64,000 nucleotides of DNA, from contig OZ219786.1 in the NCBI GenBank assembly GCA_964291285.2, positions 224,001 through 288,000 of the forward strand, written 5' to 3'. The notes beneath the pieces were generated by a model, which was not told the DNA's origin, did no database searches, and saw only the letters and a list, made by a program, of their open reading frames with translations. Every line of letters starts with the position of its first letter. The stretch's first letter is position 1. Below, one piece after another: positions 48,609-57,336 of this stretch. Made by a program: the position numbers and the translations under genes. This DNA comes from Alphaproteobacteria bacterium (lineage in GTDB: Bacteria; Pseudomonadota; Alphaproteobacteria; Bin95).

Positions 48609-49757
48609 TCACGCGCCCGCCCGTTCGCCGGCGTCGCGCAGGTCTCCCGACGCCGCCAGCGCCCGGGCCAGGTCCCCGCGCCCGATCCGCCCGGCTTCAT
48701 GGGCCCGCACCCCGGCCTCGCCGAGGCCCCCGCAGCGCTTCCGCACCTCCGCCTGGATCGCCATCGGCCAGTCGCCCCGGGGCAGCTGGAACAGGCGCTG
48801 CTTCAGCGCGCCGTCGAACCGCAGCCACTCCCGGATCGCGGTCCGCCCGCCCTGCGGGTTCGGGACCAGCATCTGCGTCGCGACAAGCGTGAGGCGCTGC
48901 ATCAGCGCCACGGCCCGCTCGTCCCGCTCCGCCGGCGCAAACGCCGACAGCAACCGGCGCATGGTCGCCGACACGCCCACCGTGTGCGTCGTCGAATACA
49001 CCGCCATCCCCTGGTCCGAGGCGTTCAGCACCGCCTCGATCGTCTCCAGGTCGCGCGCCTCGCCCACCATCACCGCCGCCGGACGGCGCCTCACCGCAGA
49101 GCGCAGCGCCTCCGCGAACGTCTCCACATGCGTCGGAACCTCCGTCTGCTCGATCATCGCCAGGTCCGCCTCGATCCGGGACAGGTCGAACTCCACCGGG
49201 TTCTCGAACGTCAGCACCTTGCCCCGGCCGGTCTCCACCAGCCGGCGCATCGCCGCGGCCAGCAATGTCGACTTGCCGGACCCCGGAACCCCCGTGACCA
49301 GGCAAATCCCCTCGCCGAGCTGCAGCGCCGCCGCGATCTCCTCCTCGACCCCGAGCGCGTCCAGCTCCGGCGCCTCCTCCGGAAGCACCCTCAGCGCCAC
49401 GCCCATCCCCCAGCGCCCGTCGAACTGCTTCGGCAGCATGTTCACCCTGAAACGCCGCCGGCGCCGGTCCGGCCCGACCGCCGTGTGGCTGCAGTCGATC
49501 GCCCCGCCGCCGCGAAGCTCCGTCTCGGCCCGCTCCCGGCTCACATGCAGACCGCCGGCAACACGCCCCATCGCAGGGCCGTCCAGCCGCGCCCGCGTCG
49601 CCCGGCGCAACTGCCCGTCCACCTCGATGAACGCCGGAAGGCCCGTCGAGAAGGCGATATCCGCCGCCCCCAGGTCCGCCGCCCACAACAGGAACTCGTC
49701 AAGCCGGTCGGTCGGAAACGACCGCGCCGCGGGCTCCCACATGCCGGGCCCGCTCAC
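48609..49757 (-). CDS. dotB: DotB/TraJ PilT-like ATPase
   Basis: GVPGSGKST, FENPVE, RRRPAAVMVGEARD, YSTTH, GRTAIREWL. Confidence 0.9.
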   Translation of the reverse strand: MSGPGMWEPAARSFPTDRLDEFLLWAADLGAADIAFSTGLPAFIEVDGQLRRATRARLDGPAMGRVAGGLHVSRERAETELRGGGAIDCSHTAVGPDRRRRRFRVNMLPKQFDGRWGMGVALRVLPEEAPELDALGVEEEIAAALQLGEGICLVTGVPGSGKSTLLAAAMRRLVETGRGKVLTFENPVEFDLSRIEADLAMIEQTEVPTHVETFAEALRSAVRRRPAAVMVGEARDLETIEAVLNASDQGMAVYSTTHTVGVSATMRRLLSAFAPAERDERAVALMQRLTLVATQMLVPNPQGGRTAIREWLRFDGALKQRLFQLPRGDWPMAIQAEVRKRCGGLGEAGVRAHEAGRIGRGDLARALAASGDLRDAGERAGA

Positions 49758-50194
49758 GGCCCCTCTCCCTTCGCCGGAACGCGCCGCCAGTGCGCCCGGA
49801 CGAGGACACGGCGCTCGGCCCCCACCCACTCCGGCTCGTCGCCGGGCCCGGCGTTCCGCAGCGAGTCCAGGCGGTTCAGCCAGGCCCGCGCGCCGGCCAG
49901 CACCACCAGCGCAACACGCCCGGAACGGTCACCGCCGCCAAGCTCCCGGTATTCGAGACGCCCCATCACCTGCAGCGCCGCGCCCTTCACCACCAGCCGG
50001 CGCGCAAGGTCGGCCTGCGCGCCGACCGCGCGCACATGGTGCCACTCGACATGCTCCTCATAATCACCGCCGCGCCGGTAGCGCCGGAGATTGGTCGCCA
50101 GCGAGAAGTCCGCGACCTCCGTCCCGCCTGCCTGCCGGACCTCCGCGTCCTTGCCCGCATGGCCCACAAGGTGCACGTCCGAAAGGTTCAGCAC
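49754..50194 (-). CDS. ssb: SSB-like protein (3rd copy) inside the transfer operon
   Basis: VHLVGHAGKDAE...FSLATN...VEWHHV...KGAALQVMGRL; AAGGAGG RBS. Confidence 0.8.
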   Translation of the reverse strand: MLNLSDVHLVGHAGKDAEVRQAGGTEVADFSLATNLRRYRRGGDYEEHVEWHHVRAVGAQADLARRLVVKGAALQVMGRLEYRELGGGDRSGRVALVVLAGARAWLNRLDSLRNAGPGDEPEWVGAERRVLVRAHWRRVPAKGEGP

Positions 50195-50228
50195 CGCGCT
50201 GCCTCCTTCGCCTTCCGCAACATCCGGA

Positions 50229-51107
50229 TCACCGTCCGCTCCCCCATCCGCCGCCCGGCGCCACACGCTCCGGCAGCGGGCGCCACTCCCGCGGCGCCAG
50301 GTTGAACCGCGCCCGCCCGTCGAGGCGCACCACCCGCTCCCCGATCCGCATCAGGCTCTCGTGTCCCGAGACCGCCGTCTCCTCGAACCGCGTCTCGAGC
50401 GGGGTCACCATCCGCGCCGCGCGAAGCCGGTGCCAGCGCACGACACCCCGGAACACCGCGACCAGACGCTCCAGGTCCGAGGCATGGATGTCGTCCGCCA
50501 GCCCGACACCGCGCGCCCATCCCTCCTCCAGCCAGCCGTCCCAGCGCGCGCGCTCCGCCGCCCCGCGCGGGAACAGCACCGGCGAGGGCCGGCGCGCCGG
50601 CTCCCAGTCCCGCTCCAGCCACGCGCGCCAGGTCGGCGCCGCCCCCACGATCCGCTCCCCGGCCGCGATCCGCAGCACCTGCCGGGCGCCCGCCGCCATG
50701 TCGTCCTCGATCCGCACCGCATCCCGCGTCTCCGCCAGAACCGGCGGCATCACCAGGAACCCGCCCCGGGCCACCAGCAGCGCGCCGAAATCGAATACCG
50801 CCGAGAGATGCTCCGCCTGTTCCTCGAGAAGCGCCGCGATCTCCCGGCCCCGATGCGCAAGCCCCGCCTGCGAGGCCCAGGCGAGCGCCGCAAGCCGCTG
50901 CGCCTCGCCCCGGCGCTCCGCCGCGCGCGCCGCCGCGCCGCCCGCCTCCCCGGCCGGCGTCGTCTCCTTCAGCGCCTGAAGGTCCGGCAGCGGCGCCGCG
51001 CCCGGCCCCGCCGGAGACGACGCATGAACCGGCGCCGCCGCCAGCAGCAGCAGCGCCGCAAGCGCGGATACCCCGTGCCGCCGGCGAACCCCGGAGCCGG
51101 CGGTCAT
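50229..51107 (-). CDS. dotC: DotC/TraI family protein
   Basis: QAGL, LSAVFDF, MPPVL, PTWRAWL, GWARG. Confidence 0.88.
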   Translation of the reverse strand: MTAGSGVRRRHGVSALAALLLLAAAPVHASSPAGPGAAPLPDLQALKETTPAGEAGGAAARAAERRGEAQRLAALAWASQAGLAHRGREIAALLEEQAEHLSAVFDFGALLVARGGFLVMPPVLAETRDAVRIEDDMAAGARQVLRIAAGERIVGAAPTWRAWLERDWEPARRPSPVLFPRGAAERARWDGWLEEGWARGVGLADDIHASDLERLVAVFRGVVRWHRLRAARMVTPLETRFEETAVSGHESLMRIGERVVRLDGRARFNLAPREWRPLPERVAPGGGWGSGR

Positions 51108-51730
51108 TGCCCCCTCCCTGTTGCGGGTCCGCGATGGCGCACCGCCAGCGTCCTGCCGTCCGCGCCGAGCGCCGCGACAGGCGCGGGGTCCAGCCCGGAA
51201 AGGGACCGCGACACGGCCGCCACGGCTTCCGCAAAGGTCCCCCGGAAGCGGCGCGCCTCGCCCAGCCGGTAGCTCCGGTCCGTCAGCCAGACGAGCTCGA
51301 CGCCCGCCATCGCGCTCCAGCGCGCCAGCGCCTGGCGCAGCGTCTCGCCGCGCGCCACGCTCCAGTCCGCAACGCCCCGGCCCGCGGTCGCCAGCTCGAC
51401 CTCGCCGGGCGGCAGCCCCGCGGGGCGCACATGAACCTCGCCGCCATGGCGCTCCCAGGCGAGCCCGAAATCCCACAGAAGCACCCGCCAGTCCGTGTAG
51501 ACCGCCCGCGCCCGGCGCCCGGTGTCCACGCGCCGGTCCCAGCGCAGCCTCGCGCCCGCCGGAACCAGCCGCGCCGCAACCTCCGCGATCCCCAGACGGT
51601 CCGGCGGCCCGTGGATGAACATCGAACGGTCCGACTCCACGGGCGTCCAGGAGAAGCCCGCCGCCGCCGGCGCCGGCGACAGCGCTGCCAGTGCCGCCAG
51701 CACGGCCAGCACCCTCGGCAACGCCGTCAC
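51104..51730 (-). CDS. PilL/TcpQ-domain exported protein
   Basis: WSVARGETLRQALARWSAMAGVELVW...FRGTF. Confidence 0.75.
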   Translation of the reverse strand: MTALPRVLAVLAALAALSPAPAAAGFSWTPVESDRSMFIHGPPDRLGIAEVAARLVPAGARLRWDRRVDTGRRARAVYTDWRVLLWDFGLAWERHGGEVHVRPAGLPPGEVELATAGRGVADWSVARGETLRQALARWSAMAGVELVWLTDRSYRLGEARRFRGTFAEAVAAVSRSLSGLDPAPVAALGADGRTLAVRHRGPATGRGQ

Positions 51731-52260
51731 GACCCCTCCCCGCCGGGAGCCGGCGCATCCGCCGCCTCCGGCCCGATCCAGTCCAGCCGCACGGCCATCC
51801 GCCCGGCATCCGTCGTCAGCAGCGCCCGCCCCCCGGCCTGGAGACCGATATCGCGAAGCACGAAGATCACCGGCTCGTCCTCGACATCGACCGAGACCAT
51901 CACCGGCGCCGGCGGGCGCGGACCGGCGACCACGAAGTCGTAGCCGATCTCCGCCGCAAGCCGCTCCGCCACCCGCTCCAGCGGACCCAGCCAGTCCAGC
52001 GTCACCCGCGTCTGCAGCTCCGGCGTCACCAGGCGCGGCACATCGACCGCAGGCGGCGCGCCGGCCGCGCGGACCTCCGCCAGCCGCGTCAGCGCCTCCT
52101 GCGCCAGAACCATCGCCTCGGCTATCCGCATCTCCGCCGGGTCGCCCGCGACCGCCGCCGCCGCGGACCGGTCCGGCGCCCGGCCGGGATCGAGCGACTG
52201 GCAGCCGGCAAGCGCCAGCGCCCCGGCCACCATCCCGCCAAGCGCCGCGCCCACGCTCAT
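51727..52260 (-). CDS. dotD: DotD/TraH lipoprotein
   Basis: LAGC lipobox; VTLDWLGP, LRDIGLQAG. Confidence 0.88.
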   Translation of the reverse strand: MSVGAALGGMVAGALALAGCQSLDPGRAPDRSAAAAVAGDPAEMRIAEAMVLAQEALTRLAEVRAAGAPPAVDVPRLVTPELQTRVTLDWLGPLERVAERLAAEIGYDFVVAGPRPPAPVMVSVDVEDEPVIFVLRDIGLQAGGRALLTTDAGRMAVRLDWIGPEAADAPAPGGEGS

Positions 52261-53246
52261 GGCGCCGCGCTCCCGATATCGCGCACCACAAGCCACCTGT
52301 TCGGATAGGCCGTCGCCGTCAGCGTCCGGCGCATCGGCCGGATCGCCAGCAGCGCGTCCGCCGCCGCCAGGAACCCCTCCTCCTCCGTCTCGCCCGCCGG
52401 AAACGACGCCGCCGCGCCCACCGCATAACGCCGCGCGCTCCGCCAGGCCACCTGCCAGCCAGCGCGCGCCGCCCAGGCCCGCAGCACCTCCTCCACCGTA
52501 CCGTGCTCGTCCGGCGCCACTTCCCAGGCCGGCGGCGGCGCCGGCGCCGCCTCCTCCGGCGCCGCCCCGTCCTGTCCCTCCAGCGCCGCAGCAGCAGCGG
52601 GAGCCGCCGGCGGCGCGTCCGCAGCCCCGGTCCCGACCGGCGCCGCGTCCGCCCCGGCGGACCGGGCGGCCTCCGCCTCGTTCTCCGCAACCGCAGCCAG
52701 GACGCCGACCGCAACGCCCGCAGGCAGTTGCTGCGCCGCGCGCTGCTCCCGATCCGCATAGCGCCGGAAAACCAGCCGCCCGTCCTCCCAGCCCCAGTCG
52801 TAGCCCGACAGCCGGGCGACCTCGTCGAGCACCTCCGCCACCGGTCCCGTCATCGACAGGCCGAACGGCACCGGGTCGTTCAGCGCCACATCCCCGTCCA
52901 GAACCCGCCCCGGGCGCTCCCGGATCGAGGCCTCCACGCCGGCCAGGGCCGCAACCAGACCCGCCAGTTCCCGGAAGGGCAGAGGGGTCAGCTGCCTGAC
53001 CTCGATTTCAAGGTCGGAGACTTCGACGGGGAGATCCCTCGACGGCGCCGCGACCGTCACCGTCGCCGCCAGGGGGGCCGCACCCGGCGCGCCCGCCTGC
53101 GACGCCGACGACAGCAGGGCAAGCGACACCGCCATGACGAACGCCATCAGCAGCAGAAGCTCCGCGCCCGTGCGCCCGGCCCGCCTGTGGCGCGCTGTCG
53201 GACCCGACGACGGCATCCGGAGCCGCATGGTCTCCATACCCCGCAT
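52257..53246 (-). CDS. TcpQ/PilL-domain exported protein
   Basis: Signal/TM segment; TVEEVLRAWAARAGWQVAW...Y C-terminal domain. Confidence 0.7.
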   Translation of the reverse strand: MRGMETMRLRMPSSGPTARHRRAGRTGAELLLLMAFVMAVSLALLSSASQAGAPGAAPLAATVTVAAPSRDLPVEVSDLEIEVRQLTPLPFRELAGLVAALAGVEASIRERPGRVLDGDVALNDPVPFGLSMTGPVAEVLDEVARLSGYDWGWEDGRLVFRRYADREQRAAQQLPAGVAVGVLAAVAENEAEAARSAGADAAPVGTGAADAPPAAPAAAAALEGQDGAAPEEAAPAPPPAWEVAPDEHGTVEEVLRAWAARAGWQVAWRSARRYAVGAAASFPAGETEEEGFLAAADALLAIRPMRRTLTATAYPNRWLVVRDIGSAAP

Positions 53247-54421
53247 CACTCGCCCGCTCCCGCACAGCGGCGCAGCGCTGCCCGGGCCTCCCGGTTCTCC
53301 TGCACCCCGATCCGGTTCCAGACCGAGTTGTGCCCGTTGCTCACCAGCGCACCGGTCACGAAGGCCGCATCCATGAACCGCAACACATCCTCCCTGTCCG
53401 TGAACAACGGATCGTGGAAGCCGGCCGCCGCGCCGCCGCCGCGCGTCACCGGGCCGAACCGCTCCACAGGCCCGCCCGGAACCCCGGCCGCCGCCTGCAC
53501 CCGCTTGCCGCGCGGCACCGTCCCGAAGGACAGCAGCGCCTCCAGCCGCCCGTCCGCCCGCTCGCATGTCACCGCGAACCCGATGCGCAGCCCCGCGCCG
53601 GCGCCCGGCAGCCGCTCCGCCACCCCGAACGCCAGCACCGGCCCTTCAGCCACGCGAAGCGCGAACGACCGCGCCTCGGGCGTCTCCACCGGCGCCTCGG
53701 CCGCAGCGCCGGACAAACTCGCCAGCCCCAGCGTCGCTGCCGCCGTCAGCGCGACCATCGCCATCGCCAGCCAGAGCCCCGGACCCGACCGGTCGGCCGG
53801 CACAGCCGGCCGCCCCCTCAGCAGCCCCTGCCGGCGCGCCAGGTCCCGTCCGGCCAGCTCCCGCCGGTCCTGCAGCGCACCCCGCCCGCACAACACCCGC
53901 CACGGGCCCACCCCGTGCCGGGCGCCCAACGCGCCCAGGACCAGCCAGTCCGACACGCCCGACAGCAGGCAGAACACAACCCCGGAAACCACGACCAGCG
54001 CGATCCAGAACGCCGCCTTCGCCCCGATCTGCCGGAACCCCTCCTCCACCGCTGCGGCGATCTCCGCCTTCGTCGCCGCCGGATCCCCCAGCGCCGACAG
54101 GGGCTCCAGCAGCACGGACATGAACTCCGCAAACACGTTCAGGAGCGCGAGGGCCATCAATGGAAACAGGACGAACCTGAGGTCCCACTCGCAGGTCCAG
54201 GCAAGAACACGGCGCAGGCGGCGGCCGGGGCCGGGCGCCCCATCCATCCTGAGCGCGGCCCAGGCCAGCGCCGCCCCGGCGGCGTAAGCCGGAACGAACC
54301 AGTACGGGCCGGCCGCGGCCGCCGCCGGCGGCATGAACAACAGCATCCCGGCAAGGGACGCCCTGACCGTGCGCCTTGCCTCCCGGATCTCCCAGACTTC
54401 CAGGCCGAGGCCCCCGCTCAT
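53246..54421 (-). CDS. Membrane protein (array member) fused to a putative periplasmic domain
   Basis: Multiple TM helices, WLVLGALGARHGVG motif, then a TM helix and a soluble domain with two Cys. Confidence 0.6.
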   Translation of the reverse strand: MSGGLGLEVWEIREARRTVRASLAGMLLFMPPAAAAAGPYWFVPAYAAGAALAWAALRMDGAPGPGRRLRRVLAWTCEWDLRFVLFPLMALALLNVFAEFMSVLLEPLSALGDPAATKAEIAAAVEEGFRQIGAKAAFWIALVVVSGVVFCLLSGVSDWLVLGALGARHGVGPWRVLCGRGALQDRRELAGRDLARRQGLLRGRPAVPADRSGPGLWLAMAMVALTAAATLGLASLSGAAAEAPVETPEARSFALRVAEGPVLAFGVAERLPGAGAGLRIGFAVTCERADGRLEALLSFGTVPRGKRVQAAAGVPGGPVERFGPVTRGGGAAAGFHDPLFTDREDVLRFMDAAFVTGALVSNGHNSVWNRIGVQENREARAALRRCAGAGE

Positions 54422-54824
54422 CGCGCCGCCCTCCCGCGATGGCGGCCCTCCGGGCCGAAGGCCGCGGCGAGCGACTGCCGGGGCGTCATGCCCGTGCGCG
54501 CCGCCAGCACCGCCAGCCACACGCCCGCGGCAGCCCCGCAGAGGCAGAGCGCCCCGCCGGCGGTCAACAGGGCGGCAGAGGCGCTCCCCGACAGCAGGAC
54601 GGCTACCGCCGAGCCGAGCACCGGCAGCGACAGGCCCGCCAGCAGGAAAGCGCGGAACACAGGCACGGTCTCCGCGCGCCCCACCGCATCCCCCGGGCCG
54701 CTCATCGCGCCGCCCTCCCGCGATGGCGGCCTTTCAGACCGAAGACCGCGGCGAGCGACTGCCGGAGCGTCATGCCCGTGCGCGCCGCCAGCACCGCCAG
54801 CCACGCGCCCGCGGCAGCCCCGCA
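54414..54824. repeat. 127-bp direct repeat (54414-54540 and 54698-54824)
   Basis: Near-identical 3' ends of two adjacent genes, including stop, RBS and next start codon. Confidence 0.92.
54418..54705 (-). CDS. Small membrane protein (array member)
   Basis: CGAAAGVWLAVLAARTGM; ATGA overlaps. Confidence 0.65.
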   Translation of the reverse strand: MSGPGDAVGRAETVPVFRAFLLAGLSLPVLGSAVAVLLSGSASAALLTAGGALCLCGAAAGVWLAVLAARTGMTPRQSLAAAFGPEGRHRGRAAR

Positions 54825-55187
54825 AAAGGCGAGCGCGAAGCCCGTCACCAGCAGGCCGGGGGCCGCGTGTCCCGACAGGAGAAGAGCCGGCGCCGCCGCA
54901 AGCAGCGCCAGCACGGCCTGCGTCATGTCCATCGGGGCGCCCAGGCGGTTGCTCCGGAACCGGAACAGCACGTGGAAGATCGTCACGAAGACAGGCCACA
55001 GCAGGCAGACAAGGCCCGCGAACGGCGCCACGACGGGACCGCAGACCACCGTGGCCGCCACGAGAATCAGGACCGGCACGGTTGCCTGCATCAGGGAGCG
55101 GCTCACATGCGCGATCTCCGCGCCCCCGGCGCCTGTCCCGGCGTCTCCGCCGCCGCCGCGCCCGACTGCATCTTCCGGCCGGTTCAT
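54702..55187 (-). CDS. Membrane protein (array member)
   Basis: About 4 TM helices; CGAAAGAWLAVLAARTGM; GAGGAGG RBS. Confidence 0.7.
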   Translation of the reverse strand: MNRPEDAVGRGGGGDAGTGAGGAEIAHVSRSLMQATVPVLILVAATVVCGPVVAPFAGLVCLLWPVFVTIFHVLFRFRSNRLGAPMDMTQAVLALLAAAPALLLSGHAAPGLLVTGFALAFCGAAAGAWLAVLAARTGMTLRQSLAAVFGLKGRHRGRAAR

Positions 55188-55197
55188 CGCACCCTCC

Positions 55198-55785
55198 TCA
55201 TCCGAACCCGATATCGGCCAGGCCGAGGGGCGGGGCCGCGAGCGCCGCACCCGCGCCCGCCGCCATGCCCGGCCCGAGCGGCGCATGGCCGCGCCGCCAG
55301 GACCGTCCGCGCCGGCGCTGCACGCAGGCATGGCGGGCCAGCGCGCAGGCCGCGCCGACCGGCAGCGCCCAGACCAGGCCCCGGGGGCCGAGCAGGCAGC
55401 CGAGCGCGGCGAACAGCAGCGCATCGCCGGGCTGCAACGGCCAGCGCCGCCCGAGCGCCTCCGCCGCGGCGACCGGGACCGCGCCGGCGAGGAACCCGGC
55501 GCCCGCGCCCGCCAGCGCCCGCCACAGGCCCTGCGCCGCATCGGGGCCGAACGGCGCCGCCTGCCACAGCACGCCCGCGCCGGCGAGCAGGCACAGCCAC
55601 AACGGGTCGATCCGCAGGCGCCGCGCATCGATGCGCCCCAGCTGAACGAGCGCGCCGCAGGCCCAGGCCAGCGCCACGGCGTCAAGGACCGCGACGGCAG
55701 GCGCGCCGGCCGTCAGCGCCGCCGCCGCGGGCGCCAGGCAGGCCGCCATGAACAGCAGCACGGTGCGGGCGCGCGCCGGGGTCAT
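55198..55785 (-). CDS. Prepilin peptidase (A24 family)
   Basis: IDARRLRID and QPGD catalytic Asp motifs; C-terminal PLGPGM. Confidence 0.75.
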   Translation of the reverse strand: MTPARARTVLLFMAACLAPAAAALTAGAPAVAVLDAVALAWACGALVQLGRIDARRLRIDPLWLCLLAGAGVLWQAAPFGPDAAQGLWRALAGAGAGFLAGAVPVAAAEALGRRWPLQPGDALLFAALGCLLGPRGLVWALPVGAACALARHACVQRRRGRSWRRGHAPLGPGMAAGAGAALAAPPLGLADIGFG

Positions 55786-56309
55786 CGCGGCCGGCCCTCC
55801 GCCGCGCCGACCGCGGCCTGCCAGGAATGCCGTTTCGCCTCCCGGCCCAGGCGCGGCAGCGCACGAAGCGCCTCCAGGAACCCCGTGCGCCGGGCCGCCG
55901 CAATCACGGCCAGGCCGCCGCCCAGCGACGCTCCGCAGCAGAGCGCCGCGGCCGCGGCCGCGAACAGCGCCAGCCTCTGCAACTCCGGATCGCCGGAGCC
56001 GAGAAGCAGCCATGCCGCAACGACGAGTCCGAGCCCGGTATCGCCGAGCCGCGGCGGCGCGCCGAGACGGGGACCGGCCCGCCCGTGGACGGCGCAGGAA
56101 AGCGCCGCCGCCGCCGGATACAGGACGACGGCCGCCGCCGCCCAGGCGAGCCCCCGGGAAACCGGGATGACTTCAAGCGCAGCGAAGAACGTCCCCAGGG
56201 CCAGCCCGCTCACCCTCACGCAGACCACCGCATGGAATATCTCACGGAGATGTCCGCCTGCCTCCGGGCCGCCGGCAGGCCTCTCGCGGCAGGAACAGGG
56301 CGCCGTCAC
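55782..56309 (-). CDS. Membrane protein (array member)
   Basis: About 4 TM helices; CGASLGGGLAVIAAARRTG; GTGA/ATGA overlaps. Confidence 0.6.
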   Translation of the reverse strand: MTAPCSCRERPAGGPEAGGHLREIFHAVVCVRVSGLALGTFFAALEVIPVSRGLAWAAAAVVLYPAAAALSCAVHGRAGPRLGAPPRLGDTGLGLVVAAWLLLGSGDPELQRLALFAAAAAALCCGASLGGGLAVIAAARRTGFLEALRALPRLGREAKRHSWQAAVGAAEGRPR

Positions 56310-56899
56310 CGCCCGTCCCTCCCGAACAGGAACAGCCGGTACCGTTGCTGCGCGGCCCGTTCCCCGGACGCCAGCTCCCGCAGGACGGTCCACAGGCCGA
56401 TCCCGCGGCGCCCGGCGACGAGCGCGACCCACGCCCCGTCCGCCGCGCATCCCAACGCCAGCGCCGACAGGGCGACCCAGCCCGCCAGGCCCGCCGTCGC
56501 CGCCTCTCCCGCCAGGCAGAAGACGAGGGCCATGACCGCAAGCGCGAACCGCCCTCCGCCGGTGCGGTCCAGGATCGGCATCGCCCTGCCGTTCCGGTGG
56601 ACCCGGCGCTCCAGGGCAAAGAACAGCGGAACCCCGGCGGCATAACACACGAGACCGCCAGCCACCTGCCAGGGCCGCACCTGTCCGGGATCGACAAGGC
56701 AGGCGCCCGACAGCACGATCGCCGCAAACGCCGACGCCAGAAGGGAGTGGCTGCAGTGGAGGGTCTCCCGCCCGAAGCCGTCGAAGCCTTCGCCGCGCCG
56801 CGCATCCTCCCGGCTCCTGCCCGGGTCTTCGCGGGATTCCTCTTCGGCCTTGCCCGGTTCGACCGGCCGGCGCCGCGCGAGACGGGCGAGCCAGCGCAT
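56306..56899 (-). CDS. Membrane protein (array member)
   Basis: About 4 TM helices; CAADGAWVALVAGRRGIG. Confidence 0.65.
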   Translation of the reverse strand: MRWLARLARRRPVEPGKAEEESREDPGRSREDARRGEGFDGFGRETLHCSHSLLASAFAAIVLSGACLVDPGQVRPWQVAGGLVCYAAGVPLFFALERRVHRNGRAMPILDRTGGGRFALAVMALVFCLAGEAATAGLAGWVALSALALGCAADGAWVALVAGRRGIGLWTVLRELASGERAAQQRYRLFLFGRDGR

Positions 56900-57336
56900 C
56901 ACGACCCGTCCTCCATGACGCCGAAGGTGGCCGGGAAGAGGCGGCACCAGCGCTGGAGGTCCGCCTCGCGGCAGAGTCCGGGGCGCAGCGTGCGGGCCGG
57001 CGAGCCGAGCGCGGCGCGCTCCAGGTTCCAGGCCATGAGCTGCTGCTGGGCGCGGCGCAGGCGCCGCATGGCGGCCAGGTCGCGGACCAGCGCCTCGCGG
57101 ACCGCCAGGACCTCGCCGCGCGCCGCGGCCCAGCTGTCCGCAGCCGCACTCCGCGCCGGAGCCGCACTCCGCGCCGGAGCCGCACTCCGCGCCGGAGCCG
57201 CATCCCGCGCCGGGACCGCATCCCGCGCCGGAGACGCCTCCTGCGCCGCCGCGCCCGGCGCCAGCACGAGCCAGGCAGCGAGGACTGCGAGGGCCGCGAG
57301 GGCCGCGAGGCCTGCGGGGGAAGCCGGCCTCAGCAT
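56899..57336 (-). CDS. Exported protein with hexapeptide repeat linker
   Basis: Signal peptide ending AAA-Q, PARSAA repeats, two C-terminal Cys. Confidence 0.65.
   Translation of the reverse strand: MLRPASPAGLAALAALAVLAAWLVLAPGAAAQEASPARDAVPARDAAPARSAAPARSAAPARSAAADSWAAARGEVLAVREALVRDLAAMRRLRRAQQQLMAWNLERAALGSPARTLRPGLCREADLQRWCRLFPATFGVMEDGS
57143..57250. repeat. 18-bp tandem repeat, about 6 units
   Basis: gccgcactccgcgccgga x3 perfect plus three diverged units. Confidence 0.9.

Noticed and set aside
57143-57250. Possible CRISPR array
   Set aside because: Contiguous 18-bp coding tandem repeat without spacers; no cas genes in the window.
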